From an uncultured Chthoniobacterales bacterium (GTDB lineage Bacteria > Verrucomicrobiota > Verrucomicrobiia > Chthoniobacterales > JAATET01): a DNA stretch of 64,000 nucleotides. The DNA lies in the NCBI GenBank assembly GCA_964247025.1, contig CAXTSM010000001.1, forward strand, positions 92,050 to 156,049. The letters are read 5' to 3'. Made by a program: the position numbers and the translations under genes. Below are positions 53,292 to 62,672 of the stretch, piece by piece (the first letter of the stretch is position 1; each line of letters starts with the position of its first letter). The notes beneath the pieces are model-generated. The model was not told the DNA's origin and ran no database searches. It saw only the letters and a list, made by a program, of their open reading frames with translations.

Positions 53292-54395
53292 ATGGTGACG
53301 GAACGTCCTTCGCGTAAGCTTTTGGTGGTCGACGACGAGCCTCTCGTCCGTCAGACGCTGAGCTTTGTCCTGCAGGACGAATACGAAATCGTCGCCGTCG
53401 GCAGCGGCGAGGAAGCGGTGGCCGCCTCGGAGAAGGAGGACTTTCCCGTCGTCATCCTCGACCTTTGCATGCAGGGGCTGTCGGGCATCGAGACGCTCCA
53501 GCGCCTCAAGAAGCTTCGCGAGAGCCAGAACGTCATCGTTCTCACGGCCTACGAGAGCACGGAGACCGCCATCGATGCGCTCAACCTTGGCGCCTTCAAT
53601 TATCTCACGAAGCCGTTCGAGCGCGTCCACCTCAAGCGGGTCGTCGCGCGCGGGTTCGATCTTTACGAGCAAAGCGTGGCGCGGAAGGAGGATCTCCAGC
53701 AACGCCTCATGGGCGTGCACGACACGTTCTTCTCGCTGCTTTGCCACGAGTTCAACACGCCCCTCAACGTCATTCTCGGCTTCTCCGATCTGCTTTCGAC
53801 GACCACGGACGACCCCGAGCACACGGCCTGGGTGAGTCATATCCGCGAGGCTGGCACCCATCTCCATGACATCCTGATGGAAATCGTCGACTACACCGCG
53901 GCATCCCATCTCGCCACGGCCGGCATCGAGAGGCCGTTCGTGCCGCGGGAAATCTTCCGGCCGGCCCTGCTCGGCTACGCCGAGAAAGGCGTGACCGTCG
54001 AGTTCGCGGACGGCGCCGCCGCCCGCGCCCGCTGCCACGGTCCGGCCGAAGCCGTGGCCATGATCGCGAAAAAGCTGGTGCGCATGGCCGCGCAGCGTTC
54101 CCCGCGCGTGCGACTCTCCGTGGAGATCGAGGACCAGGACGGCCCCCACCTCAAGATGGTCGTCGGCGGCACGGGCATCCGCCGCGACGGCCTGAACGGC
54201 CGGGATCTCGAGCAGCTCTTCCAGCCCTACGAAGTCGTCACGCACGACGACTCCGCCTGTGCCATGAGCCTCGGCCTCGAGCTCGCGACCTGCCGGAAGA
54301 TCGCGGATTACGCGCATGCCGTCGTGGAGGGGAAATTCGACGCCCACGGCGAACTGGAGCTGATTTCGCGGATCCCGGTTCATGTCCTGAGCTAG
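53292..54395 (+). CDS. Receiver domain fused to HisKA plus a degenerate ATPase domain
   Basis: 'LLVVDDEPLVRQ', 'VILDLCMQGLSG', 'VLTAY' and 'LTKPF', then H-box 'LCHEFNTPLNVILGF'. The C-terminal domain has no clear G1/G2 boxes. The start is 1 nt after the previous stop. Confidence 0.8.
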   Translation: MVTERPSRKLLVVDDEPLVRQTLSFVLQDEYEIVAVGSGEEAVAASEKEDFPVVILDLCMQGLSGIETLQRLKKLRESQNVIVLTAYESTETAIDALNLGAFNYLTKPFERVHLKRVVARGFDLYEQSVARKEDLQQRLMGVHDTFFSLLCHEFNTPLNVILGFSDLLSTTTDDPEHTAWVSHIREAGTHLHDILMEIVDYTAASHLATAGIERPFVPREIFRPALLGYAEKGVTVEFADGAAARARCHGPAEAVAMIAKKLVRMAAQRSPRVRLSVEIEDQDGPHLKMVVGGTGIRRDGLNGRDLEQLFQPYEVVTHDDSACAMSLGLELATCRKIADYAHAVVEGKFDAHGELELISRIPVHVLS

Positions 54396-54549
54396 GACGG
54401 TCCGCCCGGCGGGACGACCGGCGGATTCTCCCGGCTCCCGGCTCCCCACGAAGCGACGGGCTTCGACCGCCGTCGTGGCGCCCGTCGCATCTTTTCCGGG
54501 CGCCGAAAGCAATCCTTCCGCGCCGGCGCCGGGGATCTGCAAGCCCCGG

Positions 54550-54680
54550 GGTGCCCCGCTCCATCGGGGCGCTTGGTGGCCGGGGATCGCGCGAGATGGC
54601 GGGACGCGCGCGACGGAGCGCCGTGACTCCCCGGAAACCCCGCGCCGGAGTTGGACCGTTGTCGCCGCCCCGTTCTGCTT
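54550..54680. repeat. Degenerate member of the REP/MITE-like family
   Basis: 'gccccgctccatcggggc' ... 'gcgacggagcgccgtg' ... 'ttgtcgccgccccg' share the hairpin modules of the 8981-9680 units. It lies in the convergent intergenic region. Confidence 0.4.
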
Positions 54681-54793
54681 TCGGATCGATGCCCGCTCCC
54701 CTCCGCCTTGGACCCGCCCCAGGCCGCGCAGTGGCCGATCGCGCCGAAAAGTGCGTCTCTGCGCTCTCGGCGTTCTCCGCGGCTGGGCTCCCT

Positions 54794-56251
54794 CTAGTTC
54801 CTCAGGAAGAGGTAATAGCGCTTCTCGTTCTTATCGAGCAGCGGCCCGGAATCGAGCGCGGGTCTCGGCGTCGCGTCCGGAAGGAAAAAATCCTTCGCCG
54901 CGCGATCCGACAACACCAGCGCCACCGGGCCGCTTGAACGCCAGCGGGTCTGGGCGGCGTTTTTTCCCGTCGGCCGCAACCGGTCGAAATAAAGCAGGAG
55001 ACCTTCGTCGCGCGGCCGCGGCAGCGTGACTTCCGAAACGCCTCGCGAGGCCGCCATCGCCCGGGCCCGGCGCGAGAAATCCACGATGGCGGGCGTGCGC
55101 TCCCGCAGGCTCAGCGGCACGAGGCCGACGAAATAACCACCCGCGAAGGCGAGCCCCGCGAGGATGGCCGCCCCCGTGGCGACGCGCACCCGCCGGTCGG
55201 TCCACCGCGCGGCGCACCATTCCACCACGAGCAGGCAGAGCGGCGGAATCACCGGGTAGATGCGGTCGACGCGCTTGGCGGGGATGAACGTCATCAGCAG
55301 CAGGCCGCCCAGGGACCAGAGCACGAGCCAGAGCACCGCCGGGCGCGAGCGAAGATCCCGGCGGATGGCCGGAAAGCAGACCGGAAGCGCGACGAGCAGC
55401 GCGCTCCATGGCGCGAACTTATGGAGGAGATGCGGGAAGTAGAACCAGAGGGGCTGCGGGCGTTCGTCGGATCGGCCGGCGATTTCGAAGCGGGAGAAAA
55501 ATTCGCGCTCCACGACGTCGTGGTAGAAGGCGGGATGCGTCAGGAGGAACGCCGCGCCCCACGCCAGGAACAACGCGAGCGGAACGAGCCACGTCCACGC
55601 GCCGCTCCAGGCGAGCCCGCGGCGCTCGCGCGCGAGCAGGGGGAACGCGATGACGCCGGGCAGCAGGAAGGCGTAGATGACCGGGCCCTTCGTGAAGAGC
55701 GCGGCGACCATCAGGCCGAAAACGATCCACTTTTCACGGGGCGTCCACGCGGCCCCGGCGCGGATCTTTTGGTAGATCATCCAGCCGATGAAAAAGATCA
55801 GCGCCGCGAGCAGCATGTCCGTGCGGACGAGCGTCGCGAGCCGCGGGGTGAGCAGATTCAGGCCGAACGCCGCCGCCGCGATCGTGGCCCCGGCCGGCCC
55901 GAGCGCGGCGCGGCCCTCGCGGATCAGGGCCGCGAGGATGGCGAGCGCGGCGAGGAGGGAGGGCAGGCGCCACGCGAGGTCCCACGACAATCCCGCCGCG
56001 CGCAGGCCGGCCGAGAGCCACCCCAGGAGCGGGGGCTTCGAGGCGGAGAGACCGGCCGGCGTGTGCTGGAACCAAAGCTCGCCCGTTTTCGCGATCTCGA
56101 GGGAGACGAACGCCTGCTTGGCCTGGTCGTAATTGTCGAGGTGCCACGGCAGGTTTCCCGTCGCGAAGATCAGCAGAACAAGGGCCAGCAGCCCGAAGAA
56201 AAACGGGCGGCTTTCCGGCACGCGCGCGAGGAACGTGGCGGCGCGGTTCAC
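54794..56251 (-). CDS. GT39/ArnT-like glycosyltransferase (dolichyl/undecaprenyl-phosphate-sugar dependent), polytopic membrane protein
   Basis: GTG start at 'VNRAATFLARV'. 'WHLDNYDQAKQAFVSLEIAKTGELW' fits the GT-C loop with a DxD-like motif, followed by about 11 TM helices. The upstream part of ORF 54794..56686 is Arg/Pro junk. Confidence 0.75.
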   Translation of the reverse strand: MNRAATFLARVPESRPFFFGLLALVLLIFATGNLPWHLDNYDQAKQAFVSLEIAKTGELWFQHTPAGLSASKPPLLGWLSAGLRAAGLSWDLAWRLPSLLAALAILAALIREGRAALGPAGATIAAAAFGLNLLTPRLATLVRTDMLLAALIFFIGWMIYQKIRAGAAWTPREKWIVFGLMVAALFTKGPVIYAFLLPGVIAFPLLARERRGLAWSGAWTWLVPLALFLAWGAAFLLTHPAFYHDVVEREFFSRFEIAGRSDERPQPLWFYFPHLLHKFAPWSALLVALPVCFPAIRRDLRSRPAVLWLVLWSLGGLLLMTFIPAKRVDRIYPVIPPLCLLVVEWCAARWTDRRVRVATGAAILAGLAFAGGYFVGLVPLSLRERTPAIVDFSRRARAMAASRGVSEVTLPRPRDEGLLLYFDRLRPTGKNAAQTRWRSSGPVALVLSDRAAKDFFLPDATPRPALDSGPLLDKNEKRYYLFLRN

Positions 56252-56988
56252 GGCCGGCGGGCGAGCTTTTGGCGAAGCCACGCGGAGATGGCGTCGCCGC
56301 GGAAGCGGGCGGCGCGCCAGCACAGCCACGCGATCCAGAGGGCGACGATCGCGGCCGTCACCACGTCGGAAAGATGGTGCGCGCCGAGCAGCATGCGGGA
56401 GAGGCCGATGGCGAGGGCGGCGACGAGGGCGAGCGAGCCGAACAGCGGCCGGGCGAAGAGCAGGACGCCGGCGAAGCCGACGGCGGTGGCGGTGTGGCCG
56501 GAGGGAAAGGAGTTGTAGGCCGGGTTGCCGATGGTGGTTTTGCCGTTGTGCCAGGGGCCGACCCAAGCCTGCTCGATGCGGGGGCTTTCGCGCGGGCGCG
56601 TGCGGCCGGTCGTGAGCCGCAGGGCGTTGACGAGCAGGCCGGCGAGGGTCGAGGCGACCATGGCGGCGACGAGGATGCGCGTCCATTCGCGGCTTTTCGC
56701 CCGGCGGGCGGCGAGCAGGCCGGCGGCGGCCAGGGCCATGAGCGGCGGCCAGTCGCCGTAGCGGCTCACGTTGCCCTGGAGGCGGTGGGCCTCGCTTTTT
56801 TTCCAGCGTTTGTCCTGCGAGGCGACGATGCGCGCGCGGACCGCGCCGTCCCAGCGGAGGGCCGCGATGGGCGCGGCGACGGAGGCCGCGACGAGGGCGA
56901 CCAGGAGCCAGCGACGGGCGAAATTTGATTTCCTTTCAGGTGCGGGCATGGGAGCGTCCGCCGCTAGAGAAGCGAAAGAAATCTTCAT
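56248..56988 (-). CDS. PAP2-family lipid phosphatase
   Basis: Motifs 'TGRTRP', 'PSGHTA' and 'SRMLLGAHHLSDV'. Start at MKISFASL (alternative 56949). The stop overlaps the GT39 GTG start (GTGA). Confidence 0.82.
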   Translation of the reverse strand: MKISFASLAADAPMPAPERKSNFARRWLLVALVAASVAAPIAALRWDGAVRARIVASQDKRWKKSEAHRLQGNVSRYGDWPPLMALAAAGLLAARRAKSREWTRILVAAMVASTLAGLLVNALRLTTGRTRPRESPRIEQAWVGPWHNGKTTIGNPAYNSFPSGHTATAVGFAGVLLFARPLFGSLALVAALAIGLSRMLLGAHHLSDVVTAAIVALWIAWLCWRAARFRGDAISAWLRQKLARRP

Positions 56989-57042
56989 GCGCGAGCGAAT
57001 CCGAAACGGCCCCGGCGCCGCGGGCCCCACCCTTTTCCGCGG

Positions 57043-58851
57043 ATGAGCGACGCCGGCCCGGGGCGCCCGCGCAACCTCGACTGGCCGCGCGCGGCGGCGC
57101 TGCTCTACGGCGATTGGGGCACGAGCAAGGCCTACGTGATCGGCCTCGCGTTCATGGCGGCGGGCTTCGGTTCGCTTCCGATCATCCTGGCCGTCTGCCT
57201 GCTCACGGCGCTCGTCGGCTACAACTACATGACGGTCTGCCGGTGTTTCCCCGACGGCGGCGGCGTGTATTCCGCGGCGCGCTCGCAGGGAAAGACCCTG
57301 GCCGTGGTCGGCGCGCTTCTGCTCGTGGCGGATCTCACGGTCACCGCGTCGCTGAGCGCGTGGGAGGCGTTGAGCTATCTCGGGGTGCCGGGGCCGTTCG
57401 TCGCGCCGTGCTCGATGGCGGCGATCCTCGTGGTCGGGGCGCTGAATTATTACGGCCCGCGCCACAGCGGCTCGCTCGCGGTCGGGCTGGCCGTGCCGAC
57501 CGCGCTCGTGGTGATCGCGATCATCCTGTTCGCCTTGCCGCACCTCACGCTCGCGAACCTCGAGCCGCCGCACGAGGATTTCGCCCGGTCCTGGGTCGCC
57601 TTCGTCGGCGTGATCCTCGCGCTGAGCGGGGTGGAGGCGGTCGCCAATCTCACCGGCACGATGAAGCCGGACCGCGGGTCGCCGCCGGGCGCGCCGAGCG
57701 TGGGCCGCAACGCCTTCAAGGCCATCCTGCCCGTCGGGCTCGAGGTGACCATCGGCACGGCGCTGCTCGGCTGGGCGATGCTGTCGCTGCCGAAGTCGCT
57801 GGCGCCGCAGATGGACGCGCGGCACGAGGACATGCTGCGGTTCGTGGCGGAGCAATACGGGCAAATGGCGTTCGGCCCGCATTTCGGCCAGGTCTTCGGC
57901 CTCGTGGTCGGCATCATCTTCGCGCTGCTTTTGCTGAGCGCGGTGAACACGGCCGTCGCGGCGTTGATCGGGCTTTTTTTCATGGTCGCGCGCGACGGCG
58001 AGATGCCGAAATCCTTCACGCGGCTGAATCCCCACGGCGTGCCGTGGATTCCGCTGGCGATCGCCGCGGGCTCGCCGGTCGTCGTCCTGCTTTTCACGCA
58101 AAATCTCGGCGCGCTCGCCGGGCTTTACGCGATCGGCGTCGTCGGCGCGATCAGCGTGAACCTCGGCTCGTGCACGCTGAATCGCGCGCTGGCGATGAAC
58201 TGGCGCGAGCGCGGCGTGATGGCCGCGACCGCGCTGCTGCTCATCGCGGTGGAGATCACGCTGGCGAAGACGAAGCCGGACGCGCTGTTTTTCGTGAGCT
58301 GCGTGCTGATCGGCGGGCTTGGCCTTCGCGCCTGGTCCCAGCGCAACGCCGTTCCGGCCCCGGACGGCGCGGCCGCCCCGCCGCCGAACGTGACCGACGA
58401 GCGGGTGCTCGCGCGGGCGAAGGCGCCGCCGATCGACGCGCCGCGGATTCTGCTGTGCCTGCGCGGCATCACCCCGGTGCTCGCCTTCGCGATCGAGGAG
58501 TCGCGGCTGCGCGGCGCGACGCTCTACATTCTCTACGTGCGGGAGGTCGCGGTGCTCTACCAGGGCGGTCACGCGCCCCGCATCACATGGCAGGACGATC
58601 CGCGCGCGGCGATGGTGCTTCGCACGGCCTTGCGCGCGGCGGAAGAGGCGGGCGTGGCCGCGCTGCCGGTCTTCGCGAGCGCCGCGGCGCCTGGCCCGAT
58701 CATCGTGGACAGCGCGTGCACGCTGGGCGCGGATTTCGTGATGCTCGGCGCGACGCACCGCCACTCGGTGACCCGGCTGCTCAAGGGCGATGTCGTGAGC
58801 GAGGTGGCGGGTCGTTTGCCGGAGTCGATCCGCTTGATCATTCACGGCTGA
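57043..58851 (+). CDS. APC-superfamily permease fused to a C-terminal universal-stress-protein (USP) domain
   Basis: About 12 TM helices ('LYGDWGTSKAYVIGLAF...') followed by a USP-like tail 'ILLCLRGITPVLAFAIEES...VMLGATHRHSVTRLLKGDV'. Confidence 0.75.
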   Translation: MSDAGPGRPRNLDWPRAAALLYGDWGTSKAYVIGLAFMAAGFGSLPIILAVCLLTALVGYNYMTVCRCFPDGGGVYSAARSQGKTLAVVGALLLVADLTVTASLSAWEALSYLGVPGPFVAPCSMAAILVVGALNYYGPRHSGSLAVGLAVPTALVVIAIILFALPHLTLANLEPPHEDFARSWVAFVGVILALSGVEAVANLTGTMKPDRGSPPGAPSVGRNAFKAILPVGLEVTIGTALLGWAMLSLPKSLAPQMDARHEDMLRFVAEQYGQMAFGPHFGQVFGLVVGIIFALLLLSAVNTAVAALIGLFFMVARDGEMPKSFTRLNPHGVPWIPLAIAAGSPVVVLLFTQNLGALAGLYAIGVVGAISVNLGSCTLNRALAMNWRERGVMAATALLLIAVEITLAKTKPDALFFVSCVLIGGLGLRAWSQRNAVPAPDGAAAPPPNVTDERVLARAKAPPIDAPRILLCLRGITPVLAFAIEESRLRGATLYILYVREVAVLYQGGHAPRITWQDDPRAAMVLRTALRAAEEAGVAALPVFASAAAPGPIIVDSACTLGADFVMLGATHRHSVTRLLKGDVVSEVAGRLPESIRLIIHG

Positions 58852-58911
58852 CGCGTCCCGGGGCCGATTTTAGTTGGCCCGGCGGGCCGGCGTCCTTAAA
58901 ACGCGGCGGTC

Positions 58912-59820
58912 GTGAGGGAATGGATCCGCTTTTGCAGTTTGGCCGTGGCGCTGGCGTTGACGGGTTGCTCGGTCATCGAGCACGAGCGGCGGCCCGCGCC
59001 CGCCCTCACGCTGCGGGCGACGGGCCTGCCGGCCGAGCCTCCGCCCGGGATCGCGCTGCCGCCCGCGGGCGCGCCGGAATCGTGGCCCGTGGACGCTCCG
59101 GCCATCCGCGCGACGTCGGCGATCCTCATCGACGCGGATACCGGCCGCACGTTGTTCCAGAAAAATGCCGACGCGCCGCGGCAGGTCGCCAGCACGCAGA
59201 AGCTGCTCACGGCGCTCATCGTCGCGGAGGGCGGCAACCTCGAGGCGCCGGTTCGCATCGTGGCCTCCGACACCTTCGTCGAGCCGACGAAGGCGGGCTT
59301 CCGCGCGGGGCAGGTGTATCCGCGGCGGCAATTGCTCATGGCCCTGCTCGTGCACAGCTGCAACGACGCGGCCGTCGCGCTCGCGCGGGATCACGCCGGC
59401 AGCGTCGCCGCGTTCGCCGGGGACATGAACGCCCGCGCGGAGTCGATGGGGGCGCGGTCGAGCCATTTCGTGAATCCGAACGGATTGCCCGCGCCGCAGC
59501 ACTCCACGGCCCGCGACATGGCGCGCATCGCCCACCGCGTCTACCGCCACCCGGAGCTGCGCGAGATCATGCGGCAGCCCGGATTTTATTTTGAATTCAG
59601 CGATGGCCACCGGTCTTTCTTCAAGACGACGAACAAGCTGCTCGGGGTGTTCCCCGGCGTGGACGGCATGAAGACCGGTTACACCGACGCGGCCGGGCGG
59701 TGCCTGGTGACGAGCGCCACGATCGGCGGGCGGAGCTTCATCCTGGTGCAGCTCGGCAGCCGCACGAGCTTCATCTTCGACGACGCCGCGCGCGTGCTTT
59801 CGTGGGCGGCGTCGCGCTGA
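58912..59820 (+). CDS. D-alanyl-D-alanine carboxypeptidase (S11 low-MW PBP)
   Basis: Lipoprotein-type signal ('LALTGCS'), SxxK 'ASTQK', SxN 'SCND' and KTG 'MKTGYT'. Confidence 0.85.
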   Translation: MREWIRFCSLAVALALTGCSVIEHERRPAPALTLRATGLPAEPPPGIALPPAGAPESWPVDAPAIRATSAILIDADTGRTLFQKNADAPRQVASTQKLLTALIVAEGGNLEAPVRIVASDTFVEPTKAGFRAGQVYPRRQLLMALLVHSCNDAAVALARDHAGSVAAFAGDMNARAESMGARSSHFVNPNGLPAPQHSTARDMARIAHRVYRHPELREIMRQPGFYFEFSDGHRSFFKTTNKLLGVFPGVDGMKTGYTDAAGRCLVTSATIGGRSFILVQLGSRTSFIFDDAARVLSWAASR

Positions 59821-59826
59821 CGGCGC

Positions 59827-60378
59827 TCAATCCCGCCACTTGATGCCGCAACCCAGGCTGGGCGATTGCGGCTGGGGGGCGGGCCGGCCGGCCATCACGG
59901 CCACGAGGGCCGCGCGCAGGTCGGCGCCGGTGAGCGGCTTCCCGTTGCCGGGCGTGCTGTCGTCGAGGCGGCCGCGGTAGGCGAGTTTTTGGTCCGCGTC
60001 GAAAAGAAAAAAGTCCGGCGTGCAGGCCGCGGTGAACGCGCGGGCGACCGATTGCGATTCGTCGTAGAGCATGGGAAACGGGAAGCCGCATTCGACGGCC
60101 ATCGCGCGCAGGCCGTCGGGGCCGTCATCGGGATATTTCACCGCGTCGTTCGACGAGATCGCGACGAAGCCGGCGGTCGGAAATTCCTTGGCCAGGCGCA
60201 CGAGCTCCGGGCGCACGTGCACGACGTAGGGGCAATGCGCGCAGAGGAACATGACGAGCAGCGCGGGACGGCCGGCGAAATCCGCGCGGGCGACGCGCGA
60301 GCGGGTCACCACGTCGGGCAGCGAAAAATCGGGGGCGGCGGTTCCGGACGGCAGGGAATCGGGGGCGATCGTGGGCAT
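59827..60378 (-). CDS. Thioredoxin-fold (redoxin/AhpC-TSA-like) protein
   Basis: 'LLVMFLCAHCPYV' is a CxxC motif. 183 aa. Confidence 0.75.
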   Translation of the reverse strand: MPTIAPDSLPSGTAAPDFSLPDVVTRSRVARADFAGRPALLVMFLCAHCPYVVHVRPELVRLAKEFPTAGFVAISSNDAVKYPDDGPDGLRAMAVECGFPFPMLYDESQSVARAFTAACTPDFFLFDADQKLAYRGRLDDSTPGNGKPLTGADLRAALVAVMAGRPAPQPQSPSLGCGIKWRD

Positions 60379-60456
60379 GGCGCGATCCTCGGCCGCGGCG
60401 GGGCGGAGAGCAATGGAGTTTGACCCGCTCCGATGCTTTCGTTAGCAGCGGGAGAC

Positions 60457-61356
60457 ATGAGCAGGCTTCACCTCAACCGCGACCGGCAGAATCTCGGCCA
60501 GTTCCCGCCCGAGGAAGTCGCGGCGGGCCTCGCCAGCGGGCGGTTTTTGCCGACCGATCTCGCCTGGCGCGAGGGGATGGAAACCTGGCAACCGCTTGCG
60601 GCGATCACGGATCTGCCGGTGATCGCGGAGGTTATCCCGCCCGCGGACGATCCGGATGCGACGGAGATCCGGCCGACTTCCCCGGGTGGGACGGAGCCCG
60701 CGTGGGAACGCCGCGACGAGATCGGCCACGCCCGCGCGGCGTTCGACACCGTCCGCCAGGTGATCACCGACCCGATCGCCACGTTTCGAAACATGGCGAG
60801 AACGGGCGGGCTGCTCTGGCCGTTCCTGTTCTTCTACGTGCTCCAAATCGCGTGCGGCCTCGTTGGCGTGCTCGAGTCCCTCGTCTGGGTGCGCGTGCTT
60901 CCCGCGAGCCTCGTCCAGCATCTGGGCAAGGACCCGGTGAACGCCATGACGAGCGGGCTGATTTTTTCCGTGCCCGCGATGTTTTTGAGCGGGGTGATCA
61001 TGCCGTTCGTTCTGTCCGGGACCTATTACGGCGCGGTGCGGCTGCTCACGAAAAAGGAGACGACCTTCGAGACGATCTTCCGCTCGTATTGCTACCTGGC
61101 GGGCGCGATTTCGGCGCTCAATCTCCTGCCCGTGCCGCCGATCATTTTCGTCCAGATCACGTTCGCGGTGTTCCTCGTGGTCGTCGTCATCACCTACCAG
61201 GTCATCGCGCTGCGGGAGGCCGTCGGCCTGACGACCCCCGAGGCGGCCATGGTGGTGTTCCTGCCCATTTTGCTGTGCTGCTTCTGCCTGGTCGCGGCGG
61301 GCGGGGTGATCGGAATGGCGGGCGCCCTCCCGGCGCTGCAAAATCTCGGCCGGTGA
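60457..61356 (+). CDS. GYF_2 (DUF4339) domain plus Yip1-like multi-TM protein
   Basis: 'HLNRDRQNLGQFPPEEVAAGLASGRFLPTDLAWREGMETWQPL' followed by 5 TM helices. A ggaga sequence lies upstream of the ATG. Confidence 0.7.
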   Translation: MSRLHLNRDRQNLGQFPPEEVAAGLASGRFLPTDLAWREGMETWQPLAAITDLPVIAEVIPPADDPDATEIRPTSPGGTEPAWERRDEIGHARAAFDTVRQVITDPIATFRNMARTGGLLWPFLFFYVLQIACGLVGVLESLVWVRVLPASLVQHLGKDPVNAMTSGLIFSVPAMFLSGVIMPFVLSGTYYGAVRLLTKKETTFETIFRSYCYLAGAISALNLLPVPPIIFVQITFAVFLVVVVITYQVIALREAVGLTTPEAAMVVFLPILLCCFCLVAAGGVIGMAGALPALQNLGR

Positions 61357-61360
61357 TCGC

Positions 61361-61783
61361 ATGCTGGCGCTTCGGTCCCGCCGGCCGGACGAGCCGGACT
61401 ACGAACTTTGGGGGCTTGCCGTCGTCGTCTCGACCGGCCTGCTCGGGTTCGCGTGGCTGAAGTTTGGGCCGCCGCCGCCGGTTTGCTGGTTCCACGCCCT
61501 CACCGGCGTGCCCTGCCTGACCTGCGGCGGCACGCGCTGCCTGCGGAGCCTGATCGATGGACGCGTGCTCGCCGCGGCGGGCTGGAATCCCCTGATCTTC
61601 GTCGGGGCGCTGGCGGCGGCGGGTTTCGCGGCCTACGCGGCGATGGTCACGATCTTTCGCCTGCCCCGCGTGCGCGTCGCCGCCCGGTCCCGCCGGCAGA
61701 TGAACGGTCTGCGCGCGGGCGCCGCTTTTCTGCTCGCGGCGAACTGGATCTACCTCGTCTTCCGGCTGTCACGCGGACCGTGA
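61361..61783 (+). CDS. DUF2752-family membrane protein
   Basis: 'CWFHALTGVPCLTCGGTRC' signature. 140 aa. Confidence 0.7.
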   Translation: MLALRSRRPDEPDYELWGLAVVVSTGLLGFAWLKFGPPPPVCWFHALTGVPCLTCGGTRCLRSLIDGRVLAAAGWNPLIFVGALAAAGFAAYAAMVTIFRLPRVRVAARSRRQMNGLRAGAAFLLAANWIYLVFRLSRGP

Positions 61784-62566
61784 GGCCACCACGAAGCGCG
61801 GGCTCACGACCTCCTGGGCCGCGCAATGGATCGTCACGTCGTCGCGGCCCACGCGGGCCAGCGGGGCGGCGACCGCGGCCACCGCGAGCGCGGCGGAGTT
61901 GCAGTCGCGGCTCAGGTGCCCGAGCAGGATCGAGGTCAGGCGGCCCCCGGCGAGTTCCGCGATCACGCCGGCCGCCGCGCGGTTCGAGAGGTGGCCGTGG
62001 CGCGAGGTGATGCGCTGCTTCACGGACCACGGGCGCCGCTCGTCGCGCTGGAGGAGTTCCTCGTCGTAGTTCGTCTCGATGAGCAGCGCGTCGGCTTCCC
62101 GCATGCGGTCGATGACGAGCGTCGTGGCGTGGCCGAGGTCGGTGAGCAGGCCGAACGTGGCGGCGGAGTTGCGAATCAGGAAGCCCACCGGGTCGGCCGC
62201 GTCGTGCGGCACGGAGAAGGCCTCGACCGAGAGCTCGCCGATGGAAAACGCCGATCCGCTCGCGAAATAGCGCCAGTTCCGATGGGCGTCCATCGAGCCG
62301 GCCTGCAGCGCGGCGGCGGTCATGCGATTCGCGTAGACGGGAATTTCCCGCTTCGCGCACAGGACGCGCAGGGCGGCGGTGTGGTCGCCGTGCTCGTGCG
62401 TGAGCACGATGCCGTCGAGTGAATCCGGCGTTGCGCCGCAGGCCGCCAGGCGCTCGCCCAGGCGCCGCGCGCTCAGCCCGGCGTCGAGCAGGATCGTCGT
62501 GGCCCCGCACCGCACGAGCGCGGAATTTCCCGCGCTGCCGCTGGCGAGAATCGTGACTTCGAGCAT
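61769..62566 (-). CDS. MBL-fold metallo-hydrolase (YycJ/WalJ-like)
   Basis: Start at MLEVTILASGSAGNS. 'THEHGDH' motif. The upstream ORF extension is unlikely to be coding. Confidence 0.8.
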   Translation of the reverse strand: MLEVTILASGSAGNSALVRCGATTILLDAGLSARRLGERLAACGATPDSLDGIVLTHEHGDHTAALRVLCAKREIPVYANRMTAAALQAGSMDAHRNWRYFASGSAFSIGELSVEAFSVPHDAADPVGFLIRNSAATFGLLTDLGHATTLVIDRMREADALLIETNYDEELLQRDERRPWSVKQRITSRHGHLSNRAAAGVIAELAGGRLTSILLGHLSRDCNSAALAVAAVAAPLARVGRDDVTIHCAAQEVVSPRFVVASRSA

Positions 62567-62672
62567 GGCTTCGAAAATACGCGGTTTTTGAACCTGGAAA
62601 ACAGGAAAGCAGGAAAGGAATGCGATCCGGAATCTTTCCTGTTTTCCTGTGTTCCCAGATTCCAGATCTCCG

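Noticed and set aside
56989-58845. Upstream 620 aa of minus-strand ORF 56248..58845.
   Set aside because: This part is antisense to the APC-USP permease and Arg/Asp/His-rich. Only the last ~246 aa (PAP2 motifs) are credible.
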